The notes under the pieces were generated by a model. That model had not been told where the DNA came from. It saw only the letters and a program-made list of their open reading frames with translations, and made no database searches. A stretch of 64,000 nucleotides of DNA from Camelus dromedarius. Taxonomy: Eukaryota. How positions within the stretch are numbered: position 1 is the first letter of the stretch; every line of letters begins with the position of its first letter. This document shows, in pieces, positions 12,945-24,690 of the stretch. Both the position numbers and the translations under genes were made by a program. The stretch is taken from positions 48,052,001-48,116,000 of the forward strand of contig NC_087447.1 of the NCBI RefSeq assembly GCF_036321535.1. Direction: 5' to 3'.

Positions 12945-14062
12945 ATAGTCTGTCAGTTTCTTACAAAATTCAACATATTCTTACCACGTGATCCAGCAAT
13001 CACACTCCTTGGTATTCAAAGGAGCTGAAAACTTATGTCCACACAAGATAAGCACAAGGATGTTTATAATAGCTTTACTCATAATTGTGTAAACTTTGAA
13101 GCAACCAAGATGTCCTTCAGTAGGTGAAAGGATAAATAAACTGTAGCACATTCAAATAATGGAGTATTATTCAGTACTAAAAAAAACTGAGCTATCAAGC
13201 TGTAAAAATAAATAGAGGAAATAAACATGTATTACTAAATACATAATCTTAAAAGACTGCATACTATATGATTCCAACTATATGACATTCTGGAAAAGGC
13301 AAAACTATGGACACAATAAAAAGATCAGTGGTTAGTGGGGGTGGGGAAAGGAGAGTAGGATGAATAGACAGAAGTTTTAAGGGCAGTGAAATACTCTGTA
13401 TGATACTACAATGATGTAGATTTGTCACCACGTTATTTGTCCAAACCTATAGACTATACAACATCAAGAAGGAATCTGAAGGTAAACTATGGACCTCGGG
13501 CAATATTGATGTGTCAATTTAAGCTTATCTTTGGTTTAAAAAAAAAAAGTACCATTCTGGTAAGCGATACTGATAATGGGAGAGACTATGCATGTGTGGG
13601 AGCTGAGATATATGGGAAATCTCTGTACTTCCCTCTCAATTTTGTTGTAAACCTAAAACTGCTCTAAGAAAATAAACTTAAAAAAAAAATAAGGCAGTGG
13701 AGTTTAAGGGAAAGAGTGGGGAGTCTCAGTGATTCCATTTACTGACTGCGCATTTTAGGGGTAGTAGCAAAGGCTGTCTGGCTCACTATTGCATGCTCAG
13801 TGTCTAACACAATGTCCAAGTCTTGACACATAGTAGTACTCAAAATACATTTACTGAAAGCCTGAATGAAGGAAAGAAGCACTTAAATTTTTTGATAAAT
13901 TTTCTTTTTCTATCACTAGTGACGAATCATGATTTGAACTTCTGTCTCTCTAAACTCCAGGAATGTCTATCCAGGGATATTAGAGAGTAGTATACATGCC
14001 TATAATAGAGCTACATTCATTTCTCAGAGGTGATATCCAGCATCCAGTTAGGAATAATCTCT

Positions 14063-14250
14063 TGTGACAGACTGTATTTTCCAAAGATTACCACAACTCC
14101 ATGAAGAAGCAGAGCCTAATTCTCTTCCCAACGAATCTGAGCTGGACTAACCCAACCAATAAGATGTAGGAGAAATAATGTTATTTGAATTCCATGGCTA
14201 AGTCAAAAACGGTCATTCAGTTTTTGCCTGGTTCTCTTGGATACTCCTCA
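14063..14250 (+). mobile_element. MLT1 (ERVL-MaLR) LTR 5' fragment
   Basis: Start tgtgacagactgtattttccaaagat and gaatctgagctggac...ccaataagatgtaggagaa resemble MLT1G/H. Confidence 0.6.
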
Positions 14251-14264
14251 GAAAGAAGAGGCTC

Positions 14265-14745
14265 CTTCATTCATTTAAGCTATCAACAAATATTTGTTAT
14301 GAATTCCTACTATATGTCAGGCCATAGACATTGTGTTAGGCACTAAGAATGCAACAGTGAATCACTCAGTCACTGTCCGTCTTCACAGAGTTCATACTCT
14401 AGAGGAGGAAAAAGATAGAGAGCAGGCGAGAAAACTAATACATCCTGTAATTACAATGTGTAAAAGATGCTCATGAAGAAGCAGAGGTTTTCTCAAGAAT
14501 GGCAAGTCAAGAAACACTCCAAGGTGGTTACATTTAAATAAGCCACAACAGAGTAGTTAGCCCAGTGGAGGGAGGAGCAGGGAAACACTACAGGGAAAGG
14601 AAAGCATGAGCAAAGGCACAGAAGCAGAAAAGAGCTCGACAGCTTTCAGAGGAAGTGACAGACAATGAATGTGGGCAAAACAGGGTGAACAAGGTGAAGA
14701 GTGACAAAAAGACAGGAGCAAAGATTTTTGAAGCAATACTGTTGG
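14265..14745 (-). mobile_element. L2 LINE fragment
   Basis: ttcattcatt...caacaaatattt...tactatatgtcaggc...tgtgttaggcact is the L2 3' end in reverse. gcaaaggcacaga motif follows. Confidence 0.7.
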
Positions 14746-16542
14746 GTTAATCATAGATCAATGAGTGTAGCATATCAATAGATTCACCTCTTAAAATTCT
14801 AATATTATTTTAAAGCCAGCTTTATTTATTTAAGTTCAGGTATAAATCAAAAGAACTCATGTAATAAGTGCTGATACTGATACTATATGACTAGATGTAC
14901 TCACATAGCAAGCACATTATTCAAAAATGGGAATGTTTCCAAGTCAAAAGATCATATGGCTTGAAGGCCTTCCTGTAATTAACTTCTTTAGAATTTCAGG
15001 ACACAGAAAGATAAAATTGACTCTCTCATTGCCTCACTAATGGTGCATTTCATAAATCATACCTGATTTGACCTAGTTTTCTACATCAGTCATCTCCAAA
15101 TGTTTCACTGAAACCACAATCCTTAAATGGGTAGGATGATCAAGACTGTCACCAAAGGATGCCCAGTCTAAAAAGTAACAGTTCCTTTATAGAATTCAGA
15201 ACATCAAAGAGGCTTCCTATATACCCTGCCCCAAAGTGTTGTCCTTTGATCAGGTTTGAGTCAAGCCCATGAAAAAAAGAAGGATGAGTTTACATATTAT
15301 TTTACACTACTGTCTAACATCTGTCCATACACCCAAAGACAATAATCAGCTGAAAAAACAATTCTGGCAATGGTCCCCAGAAAAACACCTTACAGGCCTG
15401 GGACCTCCCAGCAAACACTACCTTACAGCAAGGTACTTTGGCCTAGAAGGCAATCTCTAACAATAGTTAAAACCAGAAAGTACATCAAGTTATAAATGAG
15501 CTGATAAAATTTTATTATGATACAGTAGTTTCAGGAAATACATGTGCTTTTATTTTAATAATAAGATTGATTTTAGAGCTATAATTTGAAAGGATTGATG
15601 GCTTTTTCTGCATATGCAACCTAGCCCATGAATGTTGATTGTGGCTCTCAGTAAGAGCCATAAAAGAAGGAGACCTTTGGCCCCCTCTCCAGGGTAGTCT
15701 GAATAACAGGCACTCCATACTCTGTACTGTTGTTGTAACACCCGTGGAACCCTTTGAAGGGATTGCTCCTCAGGACAAGAGAACTGAGACACACCTAGCC
15801 CAACCCACCCTCTGGTCAGGAGCACTCAACCAGGTTAAGGGTCCCCCCTACTTCTTCTCCACTGAGCCCAGGGGTAGCAGGTGATAAAACTGAAGCTCTG
15901 ATCTTGTTTTTGCTCATATCTTTTCATGACATTTTGCTCTGGTGGTGAACAGCTCTTATTTTCATCTTCAGAACTAGGAAATTAGTCTTCAACTGGAAAA
16001 AACAACCACAGAGAAGCCTCACCAGTAAGCAAAGAAAAACAAAGGAGCTTCCAACTAATGCCTATGGACAAGAATGCTGTCATGGTAATTAACAGTGGGG
16101 AAGAGGATAATCTTACATTTAAAGTAAAACACTTGGCTCATTCTGAAGACTTAACTCTGGGCTTGAATCTTATAGTTGGCACACAAGGGCAAAGAATGAT
16201 TCTCCAGCACTAGACAATGGGATTCCTCACTGAAAGTAAAATTCTTATGCATGATGGATGAGCAATAAATCACTTGCAAAAGTGACCCAAAGAACTATCA
16301 GGGACACAGGAACTGGGGAACACTAGAGTTCAACAAAGATGTCAAGGAGGGAATTCTCAAGGAAGCTGAAATTGCAGCTTAGAAAGGATGGAATCCTACC
16401 TTGCTAAAAGAGAAATAAACAAAAAACCAAAGAGAGTAGTGGAGCAACAGATTGCATTCAAGTTCTCTGACTCCTAAGTCTAGACTGTGATTTCCCTCTC
16501 TCTTGACAGGGGTATTTTGTCAGGGGCCAACAATCGATTTTT

Positions 16543-16718
16543 TTTTCACTTTCATATTTTTTCATTATCGGTTACTGCAAGATATTGAATATAGTTCCCT
16601 GTGCTATACAGTAGAAACTTGTTGTTTATCTATTTTATATATAGTAGTTAGTACCTGCAAATTTCAAACTCCCAATTTAGTCCTTCCTACCCCCTTTACC
16701 CCTGGTAACCATAAGTTT
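16543..16718 (-). mobile_element. Short L1 3'UTR fragment
   Basis: gatattgaatatagttccctgtgctatacagtag...ctggtaaccataagttt is homologous to the other L1 3'UTRs in the window. Degenerate TSD at 16528-16542 and 16719-16733 (3 mismatches). Confidence 0.85.
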
Positions 16719-17458
16719 CAACCATCAACTTTTAAACAAAACAAAACAAAACAGCAACAAAATGGGCCCATGCAACACCTATAAAAGAGCCATCCCAGGT
16801 CCAACAAAAGAAAAGAAAATAGGGCTATCAAGTTGGCATTTCAAAAAGCAGTTTTATGGTAATTTATTACCCCAGCATCAGCTACTCTGGAACCGAGGCA
16901 TTAGGATTCTTGTTTGCTCTGTCAGGCACTTTGCAGTGTCCCAAACACAGAGGCTGTAATAACCAATATAAAGAACACTGAGAGAGCTCTATTGGGACAC
17001 AAGTTTTCACTTGCTTAAGCACCAGCAAACACTCCAAGGCAGGGTGCGGCAGTAAGGGCACTGGTGAAAATCAGAGCTGTAGTCTCAGCTTCTCCAGTTA
17101 TTCATTCTAAAACTTTGGGTCCCTAGATTTCTGGGCTTTATTTCCACGTATGGTAATAGCCCTTGATTTCACATGTATAACAAAAAGCAGTGGTTCCCTA
17201 CCTTACTCCTGATTTCTCCTTCTCAAAGACAATCACTTTCAACTTTTAGCTCTTTCTCTTACTATTTATCTATTTCCAAAAAGCATGCTTATATTGGCAT
17301 TTTGGGGGTCAATTTTAGTCACTATCATCTCTTTGTTATGAACATTTGCTTTCTCATATCATGATCATCACCCCCATAACCACCCATATATACACATATA
17401 CACACACCTTCCCTTTCACTAGCATAGACACATCACAATTTTTAGTTAAATTAATATT

Positions 17459-17959
17459 TAGGACACACCCATTCCATGGAATACTACTCAGCAAGCAAAA
17501 GGATTGAAATATTGATATACACAACCACTTGGATAGATCTCAAGCGCATTGTGCTGAGTGAAAAAAAGGTCATGTACTGTATGATTCCACTTATATATTT
17601 ATCTTAAAATAAAATTATATGAATGTAAAATTAAATCAGTGGTTTCCAGGAGTTAGGGATAGGTGAGGTGTGTATGTGCTGTGACAATAAAGGGGTAGCA
17701 TAAGGGAAATCTCTGTAGTAATGAAATATTCTGTACCTTAATTGCAGTGGTAGTTACACAAATCCATACATGTGATAAAATAGCACAGAATGATAAATAC
17801 ACATTGTTCCAATGTCATTTTCCTGGTTTTGATATGGTACTACAGTTACACAAGCTCTAACCATTGGGGTAAATTGGGTAAAGGGTATGTGGGGCTTGTC
17901 TGTATTATCTTTGCAACTTCCTATAAACCTACAATTATTTCAAAATAAAATGTTTTTCA
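17459..17959 (+). mobile_element. L1MD-type 3' fragment nested in the ancient element
   Basis: ccatggaatactactcagcaa...tttgcaacttcctataaacctacaattatttcaaaataaaa. TSD AAATTAATATT at 17448-17458 and 17960-17970. Confidence 0.85.
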
Positions 17960-18719
17960 AAATTAATATTCAAGGTCACATTATTAAAATGATTTTCACA
18001 GCTAAGCCATATAATGTATCATGACTGCTTTGCTTTTCTCGGATAACTAGAAATCTAGTTTTTTCTAGAACAGTTGTCTCATTTTTAATTTGCTTGGTTT
18101 TAATGTCCTTTTCCCCAATTCATCTCTAAATTACCCAAAATAATCTTAAAGCTCCTTTTAATATGGTCAAACATGTCAGATAACTTGTTGATGTCATTTA
18201 TCTTTTCTGTAAAATATCTCTCTTGGAGATCTCCAACCTCTTGTTCCAATCTGATAACTCTCTAGTCTCTAGGTCTCCTGCACAGTTGTGGTCCTGAAAT
18301 ACTGCTTAATTATCCTGGAACTTGTGCTCTTTTTTCTTCTATGTTGGATTCCCTTGTTTCCTGGGTCCATGCTTTCCTCTTTCTTTTCTATCTCATTATG
18401 GTATATCAAACTACCAAGTTTCCTGATAGCATACATGGGAAATAAATCCTTTGAGATGTCTGAAAATGTCTTTTTTTTCTACTTTCATATTTGATTGTTA
18501 ATTTTGACTGGGTATAGAATTCTAGGTTGGAAATAATTTCTTCTCAGAATGTAAGGTAATTTCTCGTTTCTTCTAGCTTCCAATATTGCTTTTGAGAAGT
18601 CTAATGCCTTTGTATGTGACCTGTTAATTCTCTCTTGAAACCTTTATGATATCCTCATTCTACCCAGTGTTCTAAAATTTCATGATGATGTGTTTCTTTT
18701 AAAAAATTCATTGTCTGAG

Positions 18720-21480
18720 GTGGATTTCCAGTCAAGATGGCAGAGTAGTAGGACCACAAGCTCATCTCTCCTCGTGACTAAAACAAAACCACAACTGACT
18801 GCTAAACAACCATCAAAAAAAAAAAGACTGGAACCGAGCAGAAAAGATCTTCAACTGGAAACACAGAGAGGGAACCACAATGGAACAGTAGAAGGGGTGT
18901 GCTCATGATATAATCAGACCCCATACCCACTGGTGGGTGACCCACAAGCTGAAGGATAATTAAGTCACAGAGGCCTTCCCACAGGAGTGAGAGCTCTGAG
19001 CCCCACGTCAGACTCCCCAGGCCAGGGTTCCAGCATTGGGAGGAGGAGACCCTGGGACATCTGGTTTTGAAGGCCAGCAGGGCTTACCTCCAGGAGCCCC
19101 ATGGGACTAGGGGAAACAGAGACTTCATTCTCTTCGGAAGCAGAAGCAGAATCTTGCATGCGCCAGGTCCAAGGGCAAAGGCAGTGATTTCATAGGAACC
19201 TGGGCCTGACATCCCTGCTGGTTTTGGAAGGTCTCCTGGGGACATAGGGGATGGCTGTGGCTTACACAGGGGACATAAAAGCTGGTGGCAACCATTCCGA
19301 GATTGTTCATCTACATGAGCTTTCCTGGAGGCTGACATCTTGACTGGATCATTAGCACCAAGACCTAGCCCCACCCAAAAGCCTGTAAGGAAGCCTCGGG
19401 CCAAACAACGTGGGACTACAGCCCCACCCATCAGCAGACTTCCTAAGCCACAAATGCCCTACCCACCAGAGGTCCAGGACCAAGATTCACCCAGCAGTGG
19501 ACAGGCAACGGCTCCTCCTGCCAGGAAACCTGCATAAGCCACTAGTCCAGCTTCATCCACCAGGGGGCAGACACGAGAAACAAGAAAACAACAATCCCAA
19601 AGCCTGTGGAAGGAATCCACAAACCAGACTCTACACCAGGAACTGCTGGACCCTGGCCCTTGCGTGACAAGAGAGGAGTGTATTGCTGGGACACTAGGAT
19701 GTCTCCCACAGAGGGCCAAGGTTGAGAAACATAACTAACCTACCTAAAATATAAATAGAAAGACAGACAATACGAAGTGGCAGAGGAATATCTCCCAGGT
19801 CAAGGCACAAGATAAAATACCAGAAGAAGAAATAAAGGATGAGGAGATAGGCAATTTATCTGAGAAAGAGTTTAAAGTAATGATGGCAAAGATGTTCAGA
19901 GAACTCAAGAGGAGTACAGATGCACAGAGTGAAGTTTCTAGCAAAGAGCTGGAAAATATAAAGAATACCCAGAGTTGAAGAATAAAATCACTGAAATGAA
20001 TAACACACTCGAAGGAACCAAGCATAAACTAAATGAGGCAGAAGAACAGATCAATGAGCTAGAAGACAGATTAGTGGAAATCACTACTGCAGAACAGAAA
20101 AAAGAAAACAGAATGAAAAGAAATGAGGATAGTTTAAGAGAACTCTGGGACAACATGAAGGCACTAATATTCATATTATAGGGTCCCAGAAAGAGAAGAA
20201 AGAGAGAAAGGACCTGAGAAAATTTTTGGAGAGATAACAACTGAAAACGTCCCCAACTTGGGAAAGGAAACAGTCACCCAAGTCCAGGAAGCGCAGAGAA
20301 TTCTACACAGGATCAATCCAAAGAGAAACACACCGAGGCACATAGTAATCAAATTGACAGTAATTAAGGATAAGGAGAAAATATTAAAATCAGCAAAAGA
20401 AAAGCAACAAATAACATACAAGGGAACTCCCATAAGGTTATTAGCTGATTTTTCAGCAGAAACTCTACAAGCCAGAAGGGAGTGGCACGATACATTTAGT
20501 CATGAAAGGGAAAAACTTACAACCAAGAATATGCTATCTAGCAAGGCTCTTGTTCAGATTTGGAGAAATCAAAAGCTTCACAAATAAACAAAAGCTAAAA
20601 GATTTCAGCACCACCAAACCAGCTTTACAACAAATGTTAAAGGAACTTCTCTAGTCATCAAACCGTTAAGAAAAGAGAACAAAAAGAAGAAAGAAAGAAA
20701 GAAAAAAAAACAAGACTGCTTTGGCAGTTTGGGGTTTTATGGTCCCATATAAATTTTGTAATTGTTTGTTCTAGTTCTGTGGAAAATGTCCTGAGTATTT
20801 TGACAGGGGTTGCATTGGATCTGTAGATTGCTTTGGGAAGTACACCCATTTTGATAATGTTGATTCTTCTAATCCAAGAGCACAAGATATCTTCCCATTT
20901 CTTTGTATCATCTTCAATTTCCTTCATCAATGTTTTACAGTTTCAGAGTATAGGTAACCTTGGTGAAGTTTTTTTCTAGGCATTTTGTTGTTTTTGATGC
21001 AATGGAAATGTTTATGCCAGTTATAAAATTCTGGTTTTTGAAGTGAAAAGAAGGAAAAAAAAGTGAATGAAGGGCCGCAAATGGCAAAATATCCTTCTTT
21101 CTTATGGGTGAGTTGTATTCCATTTTATATATATATGCTGCATCTTCTTTATCCATTCATCTATTGACGTGCACTTAGGATGCTTCCATGTCTTGGCGAC
21201 TATAAAGAATGTTGCTGTTAATAGCAGTATATGTATCTTTTTGAATTAATTCTTATTTTGTGGTTGGCTTTATTCCTCTGATAACTATGTAAGTTTAAAA
21301 AGCTAAAGCTCTACACATTCTTAGAAACAATGAACAGTACACATATGTAAATTTAAAAAATATGTGCAGTATATTGTGTACATGTATTTACATGCAATAT
21401 ATTGTATATGTGCAGTCAAATGGTAAAAACTCTACCTAATAAAAAAAAAATCTACCTGTTCGGGGGAGGGGAGCGGTGTG
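18720..21480 (+). mobile_element. L1-derived ORF1-only element (5'UTR + disrupted ORF1 + mosaic 3' region); candidate half-L1
   Basis: Starts with the L1 5' YY1-type motif caagatggc(a), then about 1 kb of more GC-rich 5'UTR and ORF1 at about 19772-20654. No sense ORF2. Perfect TSD AATTCATTGTCTGAG at 18705-18719 and 21481-21495. Confidence 0.85.
19772..20654 (+). pseudogene. Frameshifted L1 ORF1p coding region
   Basis: Start codon appears mutated to ACG at 19772. Coiled-coil segment 19975-20181 (ITEMNNTLEG...EEQINELEDRL). RRM/CTD segment 20258-20587 (QVQEAQR...RNTPRHIVIKL...KEKILK...PIRLLADFSAETLQARREW). Ends ...LKELL with TAG at 20652-20654. Confidence 0.9.
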
Positions 21481-22929
21481 AATTCATTGTCTGAGTGCTT
21501 GATAGGGTTGTTTTTTTTTTTTTTCCACCTAAACATGTATACTTAAGTTCTGGGAAATTGCTATATTATTTCTTTGATGATTTATTTTACTCTATACTCC
21601 AACATCTAATTATTAGAGACCCAGAGATCTACAGGGAAGAAACCAGAGGAACTGGAAGGAAGAAAAGCATCAAAAATAATTAAATCAATTTTCTGAAAGT
21701 TAAATAACTTTTGCACTTAAATAACTCTTAAAACTGATCCTCATATTACTTCTTTCTTCTCCTGTTTTATACTTCCTTAATTTTTAAATTCTGATATAGT
21801 TTTAAGTGTCCAAAAGTTCTTTCCTGTTCTCTAACCCTTTTTTTTTAAACAAGATCCTATTCTTGTTTCACTGAGGCAGTATCTTCTTTGATCTGAGTTT
21901 GTTTTCAAATTTTCTTTTGCTCTGTACATCATATCTTGTGCTCTCTCTCTACCCACTGCTCTCTTTTGAGGGGATGGGGTTCCTTCTATTCTTGTGTTTT
22001 CATTTCTGTTATTCATGTTAGAGGTTTTTTGTTTTGTTTTTTTTCAAATATCAGGTGACCTTTGCCTTTTCTTCACATTTAAGAGTTAGGCACACAGAGA
22101 TACACTGTATGAGCAGGAGGGGATATTAACTTCTAGGCTTCACTGTACCAAGAGAAAATGTTAAGTCAGTTTGTTTTTTTTCTGGGGAGTAAAATGTCTG
22201 TGAATCAGTTTCTCACAGAGGAATCCTCTAATCTACCAACTGAGGAGAATAAGCCTGACTACCTATGTCTGGGAGTCAAGAACTAGATGAAGACCTTCAC
22301 TTAGTCTGTTCTTAGAATGTCATCTCTCTTTCACTCTCAGCTAAATTTGGTAGTCCCAAATCCAGGGCCTCTCTGATTTTCTTTCTGTAGAGAATAGACC
22401 TCCAATGTTCTGCTGAAACAGAGGAAAGATCTGAGGGTTTAATTGTTCCTTATGTAACCTCTGAACTCCTGTTTTCAGCTCCATCTGTCATCAACAGTCA
22501 AGATGCCAAGAACCTCCAATATCTAGGGCTTTCTAGGGTTCCATACCACAAAATGCCTTTATTTAGATTCACATTCCCTCCATAGCTTTAGCTTTCTGCT
22601 TTCCCTAATCCACCAAAACATTCATTCTTTGTACCTCTTTCTCATCTTCTCTATTCTCTTAGCCTTTGTGAGTTAATATAGTTTTATGCCATTTCAGTGG
22701 TGTTTTCAAAAGGTAAGACGTACTTGTTCAATCTACTTTATTTTAATCACAAGCCCCCTCATAAAATTATTGAAAGGACAAAAGACAGAAAGAATATGAA
22801 AGTTCTTGGAAAATTTACAAAGTAAAAGTTTAGTAGTAGTGTCAGTGGTAGCATTAGCATGGTAGTTTTTTAATAGCTATTCTAATATAAAGGACTTTTC
22901 TCTTTGGTGCTCTAGGGAAGCACCAAGTT

Positions 22930-23220
22930 TCATAAATAAAATATCAAAAATATTTGCAGCATATATATCAAAAGATGAATACCCTTAGTATACAGAGGCC
23001 CCCCCCATGCTGCAAAATTGATAAAGAGACAAAGAATCTAGCAGAAAAGTGTGCAATAAATGACATAAAATTTGCAGAACAACTACAAAGGCCAATAAAC
23101 ATGAAAAAAATTTAACTTCACTAGGGAAATGAAAAATTAAACAGTAAGGTATTTTTCTCTCAGCAGACAGGCAAAAACTGTAGAGTGATAATATCCAATG
23201 TTGGCAAGGTATGACAATGT
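22930..23220 (+). mobile_element. Highly decayed L1M ORF2 fragment
   Basis: aaatatttgcagcatatatatc; ggccaataaacatgaaaaaa...cttcactagggaaatgaaaattaaa; aatgttggcaagg. Confidence 0.65.
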
Positions 23221-24554
23221 TTCCAGTGGTAATCAAAGCTAAAAATACAAGGAGCTTCTTGCTAATTCTAACCCTACCATTCACTCACTTTTTGACTCTG
23301 AACAAGTTACCTCCCATCTCTAAGCCTCAATTTTCTCATCAGTTTAAAAACAACAACAACAACAACAAAACCAAAATCATTAAGAGTGTCTGACTTACTT
23401 ATTTCACATAGGTGTTGTGAAGAAAGAAGCAACACTGGCCACAAAAGAACTTTAGCTCAATACAATCCTATAGCATTTATGAGAAAGAAAATCAGAGTAT
23501 TCTTAAAAATAAATTCCTTGTTGTTGGCTAGACAGCCTATGAAATAAACAGCTGATTTTCCCAAAGAACTCCAGGAAGAGAATTAAAAGGAAGAAATCTA
23601 GGTTCTGGTTTTACCATATGACTTTAAGCAAGTCCTCTCACCTCTGTTTTTCAGTTTCTGAAGATCTCCAAGAATTCTATAACTGTGACAAAAAGAGAAA
23701 TGAAATCCTGTACTGAAACAGTTGGAATTTAAACTTGCCAGAATCTCTTGTCTGAAGAGGCTAAGTGGATCACAGGCCAGCTTTGCAGAGATATATAGTT
23801 TAATGGTCTATAAAACATTTTTTACTGGCTAGCCCTCCTTCTTGATATATATCAAAGAAATAGCAAAATAACAGCATGATCACCTCTCCTTAAAGGCCTC
23901 TGACAAACCCTCTTCAATCTTACATACAAAACACTGGACCCAGAAATACAAGTTACTGCAAGTTTTGAAGCACAACTCAGTCTTTGTACTCCACTTTCTC
24001 TATAGAGAGCAACTTGGAACAATAAAATCAGGACTACAGCTAGGGAAGGAAACTCTCAGGGGGAAACAACTCCACAGCTCTGTTTGGAGACATGCTAGTA
24101 GGAGAAAAGAACACCAGCAGATCAAGTAAAACTGTCCTTAAAGGAAATGACAAGAGTTTATCTAGTTTCAGGTCTCAGAAAGGGGGAGAAACCTGGAGAA
24201 GCAAAAGAAGAGAAGCTTAATGTTGCAGGGAATGCATCAGAACTCTTGTGAGCTGCTAGTGTGGGATTAAAAAAAAAAAAGAATACCCTGCTGCCAGATC
24301 TCTGCAACTACTTGGCAAATCAGGAGCCTGAAGCACAGGCTCAAACTGGCTTACTTAAAAGGCCAATTACTAGCAAACATTACGACTGCAGCCTTACAAG
24401 TACTGCTATTTTGTTCTGTTGTTACTTGCCCAGCCCCAAACGGCCAGAAACAGAAATCAATTCCACAGATTTATATTGCCATCAGCTAACAAAAACTGTG
24501 CTTGCCCTCATAAGCTGGGTAAAAGAGAGTACTGTTCTGTTCAAATTTTAGAAC

Positions 24555-24690
24555 AGCCAAGCCTTGCCACTTACTAGCTGTGTAACTTTGGTCAAGTCCC
24601 TCAAACTTTCTGAGCCTCAGTTTCTCCATCTGTAAAATGGGGATAACACAATGGTCTGTAGAGATGAAATGAACTAAACTGCACATGACA
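24555..24690 (+). mobile_element. MIR SINE core
   Basis: tgccacttactagctgtgtaactttggtcaagtc...ctgagcctcagtttctccatctgtaaaatggggataa. Confidence 0.85.

Larger units (their letters stand above)
10331..13690 (+). mobile_element. Old L1MC-type LINE-1, about 3.3 kb (degraded ORF2 RT and C-terminus + 3'UTR)
   Basis: RT-region DNA (ggcccagatggattcactggtgaattctacc; atcctcaacaaaatattagcaaa), fragment ORFs 11786-11980 and 12382-12768, and an L1MC1/2-like 3'UTR ending aataaa plus A-tail. Possible decayed TSD at 10312-10330 and 13688-13706 (14/19 identical). Confidence 0.9.
17180..22700 (-). mobile_element. Ancient HAL1/L1ME-type element, interrupted by younger insertions
   Basis: Antisense ORF1-like DNA (tctgaaaatgtcttt...ctgggtatagaattctaggttggaaataattt...tttgagaagtctaatgcc) stops at 18719 and resumes at 21496 (ttctgggaaatt...atttctttgat). 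17180-18430 resembles the ancient HAL1 3' region. Outer boundaries approximate. Confidence 0.6.

Noticed and set aside
18720..21480. Simple twin-priming 5' inversion as the explanation of this element
   Set aside because: The 5' end is intact and in sense, no L1 3'UTR or poly(T) adjoins a TSD, and the two antisense pieces are out of order.
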